From Eledone cirrhosa (Eukaryota): 64,000 nucleotides of DNA. Below are positions 12,281 through 25,599 of this stretch, piece after piece; positions within the stretch are counted from its first letter, which is position 1, and the number at the start of each line of letters is the position of its first letter. Position numbers and translations under genes: made by a program. The stretch spans positions 930,001 to 994,000 of the forward strand of contig OZ024747.1 in NCBI GenBank assembly GCA_964016885.1, read 5' to 3'. The notes under the pieces are model-generated. The model did not search any database. It was not told where the DNA came from and saw only the letters and a program-made list of their open reading frames with translations.

Positions 12281-13878
12281 TGTTCTTCTGGTTTTATAAT
12301 TTCACAAAGTTTTACCAATAGAGTCGGTTTCTAACATAGACACAAGACTCTCTCATTGGAATTTACACAACATCAACTAGGTAGATATGTATGTATGCAT
12401 GCATGTGTAGATATGGATGTTATTGTATGTGTGGATGTGTATGTTTTGAGTTGTATATGTAGCATGTGTATATGCTTTGCATCTGTACATGTGTATATGC
12501 AGTTATTAGATGCAACATTTTTGCAATGTTTTACATATTTTTACTGTTCCATTAATGGATTGTACTTGTAATTTCCTAACTAGTTGTGTTATTTCTGTTC
12601 CTGTGAAGCCTAGCTTCTCAAGATTTGTATTGAGGCAGTTACTAACATACCCCAGTGCCCCAATAATCACAGGCATAAATCTGAAGGTGTAATCAGGGTG
12701 GAATATCTGCAGATTTCTCATCAGTTCTGCATAAATATTCTCCTTTTCACTAATCTTTGATATTATATTGGCATCTGCTGGGCAGCTAATTTCCACTACT
12801 GTGCATGCTTTCTTCACCCTGTCCCATATCATAATATCTGGTCTGTTATGCCTGCATTTTATTGGGGTTTTTACTGAAACATTCCACCAGTACTCTTTCA
12901 TATTATGTACATGGATGCTTTCCACATTGCTGTAGCTTTTAATGTGTTTATTATCGGGGCTATCTTTTTTACGAACTGCATTGTACAGTGTTTTGGCCAC
13001 TACATCATGCCTCATAGGTAGATAGTACCGCGATGACATCTTTGGACATCTGCTATATTACTCTCACTCTGGAGCTTCCTGGCAACATATCCATGCATGA
13101 TTTTTTGCTGATGAGTATGCAGTTTTTCATACATGGATTCACTGCGATACTGCTGAGCGACTTCCCTGGGTGTGAGTTTTTGATTATCACACAGGGAATA
13201 TCTCTCGATGAGTTCCTTCCCAACTCTCATGATCTTATCTGTTTCATGTAGATAGACTTGCTCGAGAAACGGGCTCCTACGTTTCGAGGTTGGTAGATGT
13301 TGTCGGAGAGATATGATGCGACATTCAAATGTTGTCTGGACTGATTTTAGGCCTCTGCCTCCCTGCTTACGTTTCAAGTAAAGGCGGTCTATGTGACTGT
13401 TGATGTGGAAGTTTCCGGTGTTGTTCAGTATTTTTCGAGTTCCAACATCAACTGCTCGGATTTCGTCTATCGTCCAATTGAATATTCCAAACGTTGGTGT
13501 TAGGACAGGCACAGCAAACACATTGTGAGCCACTGTTTTGTTTTGCGCAGAGAGTTCCGATGACCAGATCTTTCTTAATCGGGTGTAGTATTCCCTGGTT
13601 ACGCGTTCTTTATTACAGATACCATTATAGGATATGTTCTCATCTATCCCCAGATATCTGTAGCAGTTCTCATCAGATATCGGTGAAACAGTTAGGCCAT
13701 TGATGACAATGTTGCTAGATTGGGTTGTTGTTTTTCCCCGCTTTACAGTCATGTATGAGAATTTATCTTGGCCAAACTCCATTCCTATATCCTTTGAGCA
13801 CGTTGTAACCAGGTCAAGATTTTTCTTCAACCCATCCATGTTCTTGGCATAGAGTTTCAGATCGTCCACAAAGAAATT
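12281..13878 (-). mobile_element. R4/Dong-clade non-LTR retrotransposon (RT C-terminal half plus RLE endonuclease), 5'-truncated, frameshifted
   Basis: ORFs 13012-13869 (FVDDLKLY, YRYLG, RLYLKRKQGGRGL) and 12506-13039 (RHD, HNRPDI, VEISCP, PVIIGALG); (TATG)n on both flanks. Confidence 0.9.
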
Positions 13879-13953
13879 ATGTATGTATGTATGTATGTAT
13901 GTATGTATGTATGTATGTATGTATGTATGTATGTATGTATGTATGTATGTATG

Positions 13954-13984
<31 letters not shown>

Positions 13985-13989
13985 CTGTA

Positions 13990-14130
13990 GGCGACGAAAT
14001 GACGGAGTCCTTAGAGCGTTGGATAGAATGCTTTGCAGTATTCGTTTCGGTCATCTGCTCTTTGAGTTCAAATCCTGCCGAGGTCAACTTTGCCTTTCAT
14101 CCATATAGTACCAGTCAAGTACTGGGGTCT
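13990..14130 (+). mobile_element. tRNA-derived SINE with a Nin/Deu-like domain
   Basis: B-box gagttcaaatcc, then gccgaggtcaactttgcctttcatcc..gtaccagtcaagtactgggg; many copies in the window. Confidence 0.75.
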
Positions 14131-14479
14131 ATTTTTCCTCTATATCTCTTTCTCGTTTTCACTCTCTATCGCCTTCTCTGGAAGAAATCTGCTGTATTCA
14201 AACTGGGCTCCGCCAGGTTTAAACGTGCCCGTACTACTCCATCGGGAGTTAAGGGACCATGTCATGCCGTAGTAACTGTAGCCTCCGCGGCTCTTTCGTC
14301 ATCTCTATAGGAAGGGTTCCATACAGTTTATTACTACCGAATTTCACCCACACGGAATTGGTTAAGTCGAGGCGACAACAAGAATTGAACACGAAATTAC
14401 TTTTAACCATACTGCTATGTGTGTGAGTGTATGTAGCAGATATCTACATCTCTATCTATATACATATATATAAACTATG

Positions 14480-14723
14480 GTCATTAGGGACCGAGGTGAC
14501 CTGGCCAGGGTTTCTTTGCAGTCTCCCAATACCAGTCTCCCCTCTCCACACCACTGATGTTGTCCAAGCCGATACTGCTTGGCACCAATGACGTCACAAC
14601 TCATTTCTACAGTTGAAGCAACGTGAAATAAAGTGTCTTGCTCAAGAACACAACACATCACATGATTCGAGAATCGAAATACAACCTTTTAATTGAAAGC
14701 CCAAAGTTATAATCACTAAGCCA
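14480..14723 (-). mobile_element. tRNA-derived SINE (CORE/MESC-like)
   Basis: Minus strand ggcttagtg...ttcgattc...gtgttcttgagcaagacactttatttcacgttgc. Confidence 0.7.
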
Positions 14724-14731
14724 TATATATA

Positions 14732-14858
14732 TATGATTTCCTTCGAATGAAACAGTTCTAGTCCTGTCGAAGCCATTTCTATATTAAATTTTGTTGTACT
14801 CTACTAATGTATTGAGTACCTTACTTACTGTGGTTACCCCCGATTGAAACGGGGACTC
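14732..14858 (+). mobile_element. PLE terminal fragment beginning inside a hammerhead core
   Basis: atga-tttccttcgaat-GAAA-cagttctagtcctg-TC matches the HHR at 22013-22063; its 3' end gtattgagtacc..cccgattgaa is shared with ~17020, ~41400 and ~55015. Confidence 0.7.
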
Positions 14859-15069
14859 ATATATTATACAGCCGCACTCTCACCTATGTCCTGTTCTTCA
14901 CCTTATGACTACAGCCTAAACCATTCTGACATCAGTTGCTCTACATTGCTGACCTATGTTGTAATGATAATCCAGATTACAGGAATTAATGGCAGATATT
15001 CATAATCTCAGATTAACAATAACAGTGCAGAATGGTGAGGTCATCTATATCTATACATTCTTCTATATA

Positions 15070-15310
15070 CCACACACAGACACGTACACACACACACACA
15101 CACATACAGACACGTACACACACAGACACAGACACATACACACACATATACAGACACAGAGACAAACACACATACAGACACAGACACACACACACAGACA
15201 CATAAACACAGACACACACACACAGACACACAAACAGACACACATACAGACACAGACACGTACACACACAGACACACATACAGACAAACACACACACAGA
15301 CACACATACA

Positions 15311-15353
<43 letters not shown>

Positions 15354-15515
15354 AGACACAGACAGACATACACAGACACACATACAGACACAGACACACA
15401 GACTGACACACACAGAGACACATACACCCACACAGAGACACACACAGACACAGACACACACAGATACACACATACAGGCACACAGACACACACACACAGA
15501 CAGACACCCACAGAC
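15070..15515. repeat. Compound (CA/CAGA)n microsatellite
   Basis: Direct reading. Confidence 0.95.
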
Positions 15516-15650
15516 CAACATGTATGTGTGGGTGTGTGGGTGTATATGCATGTGTTTATGAATGTTTGTGTGTGTATCCACACATTTTTTCGTTTATTTA
15601 GTGTGTATGGTGTGTGTTATTTATACATCATCGCGTAGAACCTTGTGTGT

Positions 15651-15712
<62 letters not shown>

Positions 15713-16187
15713 ATATATATATGTATATATATATCAACTAGAAATTGATTGACATATAAATATATCTAAAATAAACATATGAAACAATCACAGGGGATAA
15801 TTTGTAAAAGTGTGTAAGCACACATAGCTAGGTAGGTTACTAAATAAAGTTTAACTAGAACTTCAAAAATAGATAAATTGATTAATCTTCCTTGTATATA
15901 TTCCATTAAAGAAATATATTTCACCAATTAATCGATTGGTAAACGACAGTAACCAGATCCTGGATTTTCAACAAGGAAGAGGTCCAACCATCTGTGTTTA
16001 CGCATCAAATTCAAATCAGCGACTGACTAGTAACACGTGCTGTATTTACTAAAAATACACACATCGCACCAGCTTCGTCCCAGTGGCGTGAATAGGGTTA
16101 TCGACAACTAGAAATAGCAGTCAAGTCCTTTCAACTGAGTTAGCTCTACAATTAAGGGGCCGTATTTATATATATCCAAAATTAAGA

Positions 16188-16342
16188 TAAATTAAGGGTG
16201 TCATGTCAGATAGACATGCGCCATATCACCCGTCAATCAATTTCTAGTTGATATAAAATGCTCGGATCTATTCATTAGAATCTTGGAGCATATTTTACGG
16301 GTGATATGGCGCATGTCTATCTGACATGACACCCTTAATTTA
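16188..16342. repeat. Inverted repeat with 46-bp arms
   Basis: 16188-16233 versus 16297-16342; the adjacent ~16232-16253 is also inverted at ~15731-15753. Confidence 0.9.
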
Positions 16343-16480
16343 CCATATATATATATATATATATATAATATCCGGGACCCCCCAGTAGACAACTGATGAG
16401 GAAAACTCCACCCCGTTCTGGTTTCTTCTCATTCCATTTTAAGCTACCTTAACTAGCAACTACACAGCCAATCCTATTCT

Positions 16481-16544
<64 letters not shown>

Positions 16545-17080
16545 GAATGAAGAATGGCGTGCTGCGTTGTTGCGAACATGAACATATGAATAAAAATAGA
16601 CAAGGGGTAAAATGTCCTCTTCAGTAGTCTGCTGATTATCGTTGGTATTTCGACGCATTAAAGACTAGATACCTAAAATCAGTGCGAGCGATAACTCAAT
16701 TAAGTTATCGGAACAGTGGGAAAACAGAGGCAAAGAAACAAACACATAGTGGTATGCAACGTAAAGAGAGGAAAATAGAGACAAGTCAATGAATCCTGTG
16801 GGCTTAAGCCCGACATACCAAATTGACGAGGAGAAATAGACACGTCCGAGCCGCGAGAAGATTATATATAGACTAAAATCCAAAGAGGGCTCGATAAGGA
16901 TAAATATATATGAAATATATAAGAACCGTAGAGTAAATATTTATTAAAATAACAGATTGAAGTTTAAGGAAAGAATCGCTGCTTTCACCCTTATATATAT
17001 ATTAAACATTAATACTCTGCCTTGTATTGAGTACCTTACTTACTGTGGTTACCCCCGATTGAAGCCGGGATAACTTATAC

Positions 17081-17145
<65 letters not shown>

Positions 17146-17148
<3 letters not shown>

Positions 17149-18120
17149 CACTGGTCTATTAGACTAGGGGAATGCTGGTCTATTAGACTATGGGACTGCT
17201 GGTCTATTAGACTAGGGGACCACTGGTCTATTAGACTAGGGGACTGCTGGTCTATTAGACTAGGGGACCACTGGTCTATTAGACTAGGGGACCACTGGTC
17301 TATTAGACTACGAGACCACTGGTCTATTAGACTAGGGGACTGCCAGTCTATTAGACTAGGGACTGCTGGTCTATTAGACTAGGGGACTGCTGGTCTATTA
17401 GACTAAGAGACGACTGGTCTATTAGACTAGGGGACCACTGGTCTATTAGACTACGAGACCACGGGTCTATTAGACTAGGGGACTGCTGGTCTATTAGACT
17501 ACGAGACCACTAGTCTATTAGACTAGGGACTGCTGGTCTATTAGGCTAGGGGACTGCTGGTCTATTAGACTATGGGATCACTGGTCTATTAGACTAGGGG
17601 ACCACTGATCTATTAGACTATGAGACCACTGGTCTATTAGACTAGGGCACCAATGGTCTATTAGACTACGAGACCACTGGTCTATTAGACTAGGGGACTG
17701 CTGGTCTATTAGACTACGAGACCACTGGTCTATTAGACTACGAGACCACTGGTCTATTAGACTACGAGACCACTGGTCTATTAGACTAGGGGACCACTGG
17801 TCTATTAGACTACGAGACCACTGGTCTATTAGACTACGAGACCACTGGTCTATTAGACTAGGGGACTGCTGGTCTATTAGACTACGAGACCACTGGTCTA
17901 TTAGACTAGGGGACTGCAGGTCTATTAGACTACGAGACTACTGGTCTATTAGACTAGGGGACCACTGGTCTATTAGACTACGAGACCACTGGTCTATTAG
18001 ACTAGGGGACTGCAGGTCTATTAGACTACGAGACTACTGGTCTATTAGACTAGGGGACCACTGGTCTATTAGACTACGAGACCACTGGTCTATTAGACTA
18101 GGGGACTGCTGGTCTATTAG
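17146..18120. repeat. 24-bp minisatellite (~40 copies) with interspersed variant units
   Basis: ggtctattagacta(gggg/cgag)ac(tg/ca)ct; the unit contains gtct-att-agac dyad symmetry. Confidence 0.95.
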
Positions 18121-18240
18121 GCAAGAACCAATGTCCTCCAACGTTACATCATCTTTTATTGTTCTCTCAGAAACTGTCCAGAAAATTGTCTACATTTTTG
18201 CCAATTAAGTATAATATACACATAAAATGAAGCATTATTA

Positions 18241-18352
18241 CTCAAATCCCACCGTGGTTAACTTTGACTTTCATCCTTACGGGGTCGATGAAATAAAGTA
18301 CCAGTACTGTACTGGGGTAATTGTTGGCCTTGTGTCAAAAGTAGAAACAATT
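18241..18352 (+). mobile_element. Nin/Deu-like SINE, 3' part
   Basis: ctttcatccttacggggtcgatgaaataaagtaccagt...ttggccttgtgtcaaaagtagaaac. Confidence 0.7.
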
Positions 18353-18850
18353 ACTACTTATATTGACTTACAGATCACATATTTATTTTGTGATTTCCGG
18401 GTTGAAATTTCTCTTGGTCTTCTCTACCCTAATTGTGGGTTTGTGGACAGGATGATAGTGGAGTGCTTGAATTTTCCCAGCAATATATTGTATGATATTG
18501 TTTTCAGTTCTCATATATATTGTATTTGAATGTTGCTGTCTTTTATTGTTTGTGAACATTTCAGATCGTCAGCGTTGCTAGAGAAAATGACTGCCTACAT
18601 ACCTGAGGGGTTGACTGAGAGATCTACTTCAAGTATTAATGCCCCAAGGACAAAAGGAGCCACTGGCAGCAACTGTCATATGATCACTTTCCTAGATTTC
18701 TATGTGGAAATAACGTAGTTTGTGACACACCATTCCATAATCTTCTTTTGCGAAAGTGTTCATAAATTTGAGATAGCAACTGTTCTAATTCACCCCCCCC
18801 ACCCCACACACACACATATATATGTATGTGTAAAGTATATGGAAAAAAAG

Positions 18851-18926
<76 letters not shown>

Positions 18927-19271
18927 GATGGAGATATGAGAGAGAAAGTGAAAGAAAAATATATGTTTGTAGATGTCGGTCAATACATGACACTAGAGTT
19001 ATAGTGTCGTGTGGTGGAGGAAGGTGATACCCTGGTCATGCTGCTTGTGGGGGCCACACCCGAGTCACCCTTGGGGTAGCTCTGATGGGTGGGTAGATGT
19101 GAAACCATATCATATTGTAACTGAACACTTTCAAATCAAACATATTTGCTACATACTCAGAGTTCCTTAAGTTGGTCTCTCAAATTGTTTCTTTGTTCGG
19201 ATTGTAATGTGATTGAATGGAATAAACGAGGGTTAAAGACTGTTGCAATCTACACACACACACATAGGCAA

Positions 19272-19388
<117 letters not shown>

Positions 19389-20318
19389 TACACACATACA
19401 CACACACACGCACACATGCACACACATACACACACATACACACATACACACATACACACATGCACACACACACACACAGACACATACACATACACGCATA
19501 CACACACGCATACACACACACACACATACAAACATAAATATTTATATATATATATATATATATATACATAGATAGATATATCCAGAGTCTGGGAATAGCT
19601 GTTAAAACAGCCAGAGCTCAGCCGTCGGGCCCCGACTCTTTATAATATATGTGTGTGTATAAAGTTTAGTTCTCAAGTTAAATAATACAACCTCAATTTC
19701 TTAGTACTGCTGGACTAAATTTATAATATATTTCCACTGTGAATACAATTCTCTTTACTACATAGTTCAAAAATACATTATTTTTCCTTTTTTTTTGTTA
19801 AGGTTCATTGCACACAATAAGCTTTTAACCGATTCTTAATACAAAATCGCACATAATATCTCTCTCATACAAATACCATAAAACTATAATTATAAGGCAA
19901 AACACATTTCCACTGCTATATAGACTTACAAATAACATTCTGTGTAAAACAAACATACGCGTCCTTCTCTCACCTCATAGCAATATTAACTCCGCATACT
20001 AAATACTTCTAAGAAAACCATATCGCAACATCACAATTAAAACATATAGAAAGTTGCAAAAAAGACCTTCAACTTCGAGGTTACTACCAGCTTTTCCTTT
20101 AGAAAGTAAATTTCTGAAAAAAGATTCGACTCTGCTCACATATATGGAGTGTCCAATCAGTGTTTGAATGTTTTAGACCAGAGGGAAGAGAGCCGGGATA
20201 ATTATATCTATCCAATGCGCTGAAACTATAAAGGTTTGTCAGTAGAGTATAAAGAACATTGCATGGTCCCGTAAGTACCGAGAGAGTTGTATGGGCGTCA
20301 TATTCACATACAGTGTTT

Positions 20319-20362
20319 CTAGGGCATTTTAAAACCTGGTGGAGTCCATTTCTCCTCTAGGT
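20319..20362 (-). CDS. Possible coding part of a terminal exon of an unidentified host gene (xLEEKWTPPGFKMP*)
   Basis: Minus strand acceptor ttgtattcag|, open frame to TAG, then ~700 bp of non-repetitive UTR-like sequence; no homology recognised. Confidence 0.3.
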
Positions 20363-20440
20363 CTGAATACAACATATTTCTTCCAGAAAAGGATAAAGAG
20401 AGTGAGAGAAAGGAAGTAAGAAAGAGATATAGAAGAAGAA

Positions 20441-20855
20441 TCGACCTAATTACTAGACTGGTACTTTATTTTATCGACCTCGAAAGGAAGAAAGGCAAAG
20501 TTGACCTTGGCGGGATTTTAACTCAGAGAGCCGGAACAAATACTACAAAGCATTCTATGTGACGTTCTAACGACTGTCAACTCTATCTGACGTTCTAACG
20601 ACTGTCAACTCTATCTGACGTTCTAACGACTGTCAACTCTATCTGACGTTCTAACGACTGTCAACTCTATCAGACCTTCTAACGACTGTCAACTCTATTT
20701 GACGTTCTAACGACTGTCAACTCTATCTGACGTTCTAACGACTGTTAATTCTATCTGACGTTCTCACGACTGTCAACTCTATCTGACGTTCTAACAACTG
20801 TCAACTCTATCTGACCTTCTAACGACTGTCAACTCTATCTGACATTCTAACAACT
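20441..20855 (-). mobile_element. Nin/Deu-like SINE whose 5' head is expanded into a 28-bp tandem array (~10.5 copies, 20560-20855)
   Basis: Unit tgacgttctaacgactgtcaactctatc is the reverse complement of the SINE A-box region. Confidence 0.8.
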
Positions 20856-20873
20856 CTGTAACGAATATTAAAC

Positions 20874-20909
<36 letters not shown>

Positions 20910-21605
20910 ACTTGGGAGTTTCCTCTGTAGGAAACTTTAAATGGCCCCTTTAAATGGTCTCGTTACTTATTTTATCGATAGTTTTTGTCGAACCACTAGT
21001 TTACTGTACATAGATAGTAAACGTAAACATACACATACACGCACATATATACTGTATATATATTTGAAAAGTTCCTTGATTAGTTGAGGATTTCACGGTG
21101 CTCAAACGAAACTGCAGTAGGACCGTTCTAAATAAATAGGTACATTTTTTCTTTATCTTTACACACACACACATGCACACATATAATATAGTCATTACTC
21201 TAGTGTATTCCTTTGTAGCTGAAAACAGATGTATATTTAGAGTCAGGTGGATTGTACCTACTCATGGTCTCTATTTACAATTTCATAGACTGATAGACAC
21301 AAAACTAATCGGATATTCTCTTCTCTTGTTCTGTTTTTCACAACTTTCTTTCTTTCCTTCTATCTTTCCTTCTTTCTTCCCCGTATCCCCTCTCTCTATA
21401 TTTCTACATGTATATATCTACCAGCTCACCTGTGTCTGTGTGCCCGAGACTCTTCGCTTCAATCTGTCTGACAGCCAGCATTTTTGTCTGTGCGTGTATG
21501 TGTGTGTGTGTGCTCGTGTGTATGTGTGTGTGTCTGTGTGTGCGCGCGCGTGTGTCTATGTATATGTATTTGTCCATGTGTGTGTCTGTGTTTGTGCATC
21601 TATCC

Positions 21606-21650
<45 letters not shown>

Positions 21651-21809
21651 TGTATATGTGTGTGTGTCATTTAATTACAGCAATTGGGGTTAAGGTCTGC
21701 TGATTAAGCAGGTCAAGGATGAAATAGGTCGGGGAGGGGAGAGGAAATTCCAGTGTAACAGGTTGTCTGTCTGGGTGTGTGAATGTACGTACGAATGAAT
21801 GGATGGCCG

Positions 21810-21848
<39 letters not shown>

Positions 21849-21876
21849 ATATGTATGTATAGATGAATCGATGGCC

Positions 21877-22000
<124 letters not shown>

Positions 22001-22012
22001 TTAATATAGATG

Positions 22013-22063
22013 AGATTCTACAGGACTAGAACTGTTTCATTCATTAGAAATCATCAGGAATCT
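22013..22063 (-). ncRNA. Type I hammerhead ribozyme in a PLE fragment (~22000-22500)
   Basis: Minus strand: agattc-CTGATGA-t ttc taat gaa t-GAAA-cag ttctagtc ctg-TA-gaatct. Confidence 0.8.
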
Positions 22064-22539
22064 GGGTATCAAAAAATAAATATGGTATTTATAGGTCTCT
22101 ACAAGGGGTAGGAGAGGGTGGGGAATGGGATGGGTGCAGGTCATTGGTTGATAGAAAAGGGAATTCATTAAAAGCTAATTCTACAAAGCTATAGTTTATT
22201 TTTATTTTTATTTTTATTTTTATTTATTTATGTTTTTAGAGTAACAAGGGCAGGCAGAATTCTATAAACAGGTTCCGGATGGCATACCATTCCTTGTCAA
22301 TAAGTTTCTCTTAAGCTAACAGATGTCTATAAAATCAGTGGGGGGTCAGTCATGGTCGATAGAATTAAAGAAAAGGGAGATTCTTTAAAAGCTAAAGTCA
22401 TTAAGGTTCTACTAAGTGACAAAGGTCTAGAGAATTCTGCAGACAGATTCAAAATACTGAGTGCATATCTTACTATTATCTTCGAACTTCTCTTAAACTA
22501 ATCAACTATATGCCAAAAATCAACAGACACATTCACAAA

Positions 22540-23908
<1,369 letters not shown>

Positions 23909-23995
23909 ATAATAAATTTGAAGACTAAAATCCAAAGAGGGCTCGATAAGGATAAATATATATTAAATATATAAGAACTGTAGAGCAAATATTTA

Positions 23996-24115
23996 TTAAA
24001 ATAACAGATTAAAGTTTAAGCAAAGAATCGCTGCTTTCACCTAAACGGGATCTTCTGAATCCCGTTTAGGGTGAAAGCAGCGATTCTTTGCTTAAACTTT
24101 AATCTGTTATTTTAA
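23996..24115. repeat. Fold-back inverted repeat (~56-bp arms, 7-nt loop) at the end of a repeat shared with 16871-16991
   Basis: taaaataacagatt..taaacgggat-cttctga-atcccgttta..aatctgttatttta. Confidence 0.9.
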
Positions 24116-24156
24116 AAAAAAATATATATATATGTATATATATATACATATATATA

Positions 24157-24210
<54 letters not shown>

Positions 24211-24557
24211 CAGTTGATAATTACCGTATTGTTTACCGATAAGAGTTGTCTCATTAACAGGTGTAACAGATCAACTCAGCATTCCACGTCAGTTGTATCA
24301 ATATAAAGATGGCAACCAAACGTAACGGAGTTTTATGTATGAAAGTATGAAATAAACCTTAAAACACGTTACATATGATTGTATAACGTCTGTGTGTATA
24401 CATATATATTTGGTTGGAATTGGTGGGGGGAATAAAATGACGGTGTAAAGATGTTTAGATACAAATGTATATAAATAAGGATTCAGTGAAACGTGCCAAA
24501 ATATATAAATTAATATACATACATACATACATGAATGCATAAATAGATACATTCATA

Positions 24558-25011
24558 CATGGTGGCTGCCAACTCGTTTTCGAGTACGGCCACTACTTTA
24601 CATCCATGTAGGAGAACCCCTACCGATGCGCTAAACAAGTGTGACTTTTTAGTCCAGCCAGCGACTTGAAAATTCTGGTACAAACATTACACTTGTGACA
24701 ATTACTGACACATAGTGCTGGGCCCATGGTACCATGTGATGACAAGTGCAGTGAGATCTCCAGATATAAAGCAATGCCTGTGCCGTGAAGCTTTTATAGT
24801 GATCAAAGGCACTGCACAAAACCAGTCCCACTCTCTTAACCAACATGTGCCCAACACTATGTGTCAATAATTGTCACAAGTGTAGTGTTTGTACCAGAGT
24901 TTTCAAGTCGCTGGCTGGACTAAAAAGTCACACTCGTTTAACGCATCTCTAGGGGTTCTCCTACATGGATATAAAGTAGTGGCAGTACTCGAAAACGAGT
25001 TGGCAGCCACC

Positions 25012-25013
<2 letters not shown>
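24558..25013. mobile_element. Inverted pair of 3' ends of the RTE-derived element (~170-bp arms)
   Basis: 24558-24727 versus ~24845-25013; both outer ends are cagccaccatg followed by microsatellite. Confidence 0.85.
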
Positions 25014-25102
<89 letters not shown>

Positions 25103-25138
25103 TGTATGTATGTATGTATGTATGTATGTATGTATGTA

Positions 25139-25464
25139 TGTCAGTCAGGTCACCAATTGGTGCTACTGGTAACATGTATCCCAGTACAACCTGTCTCATG
25201 GTCGGGTCGTTGGCGACTAAACTGGCAACCCCACCAAGGTTTCTTGGTGAGGAGGGTGACTTTGGACATCCTGCAGGACTAAAAGCAAAACCTGTCAAAG
25301 GGCAAAGGAGCTCTTAAGAGTCAATGGGCATCCAAAATCACCGGGAGAGATGACCCCTTAGCCTTTGTCAAGGCAGAATTCTAGGAGAAGGAAAAGTCTG
25401 ATATAACACCTGCAACCCTGATGGTATCCAATGATGTTGACTTGTTCTTCTTTTTGGTAAATAT
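25139..25464 (+). mobile_element. RTE-derived element, 5' portion
   Basis: Near-identical to 38331-38652. Confidence 0.85.
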
Positions 25465-25465
25465 T

Positions 25466-25498
<33 letters not shown>

Positions 25499-25512
25499 CG
25501 GCCATCCATTCA

Positions 25513-25576
<64 letters not shown>

Positions 25577-25599
25577 CATACATATATATATATATATAT

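Noticed and set aside
17146-18120. CRISPR-like array (also 55330-55975 and 58671-59920)
   Set aside because: No unique spacers, no cas genes, eukaryotic context
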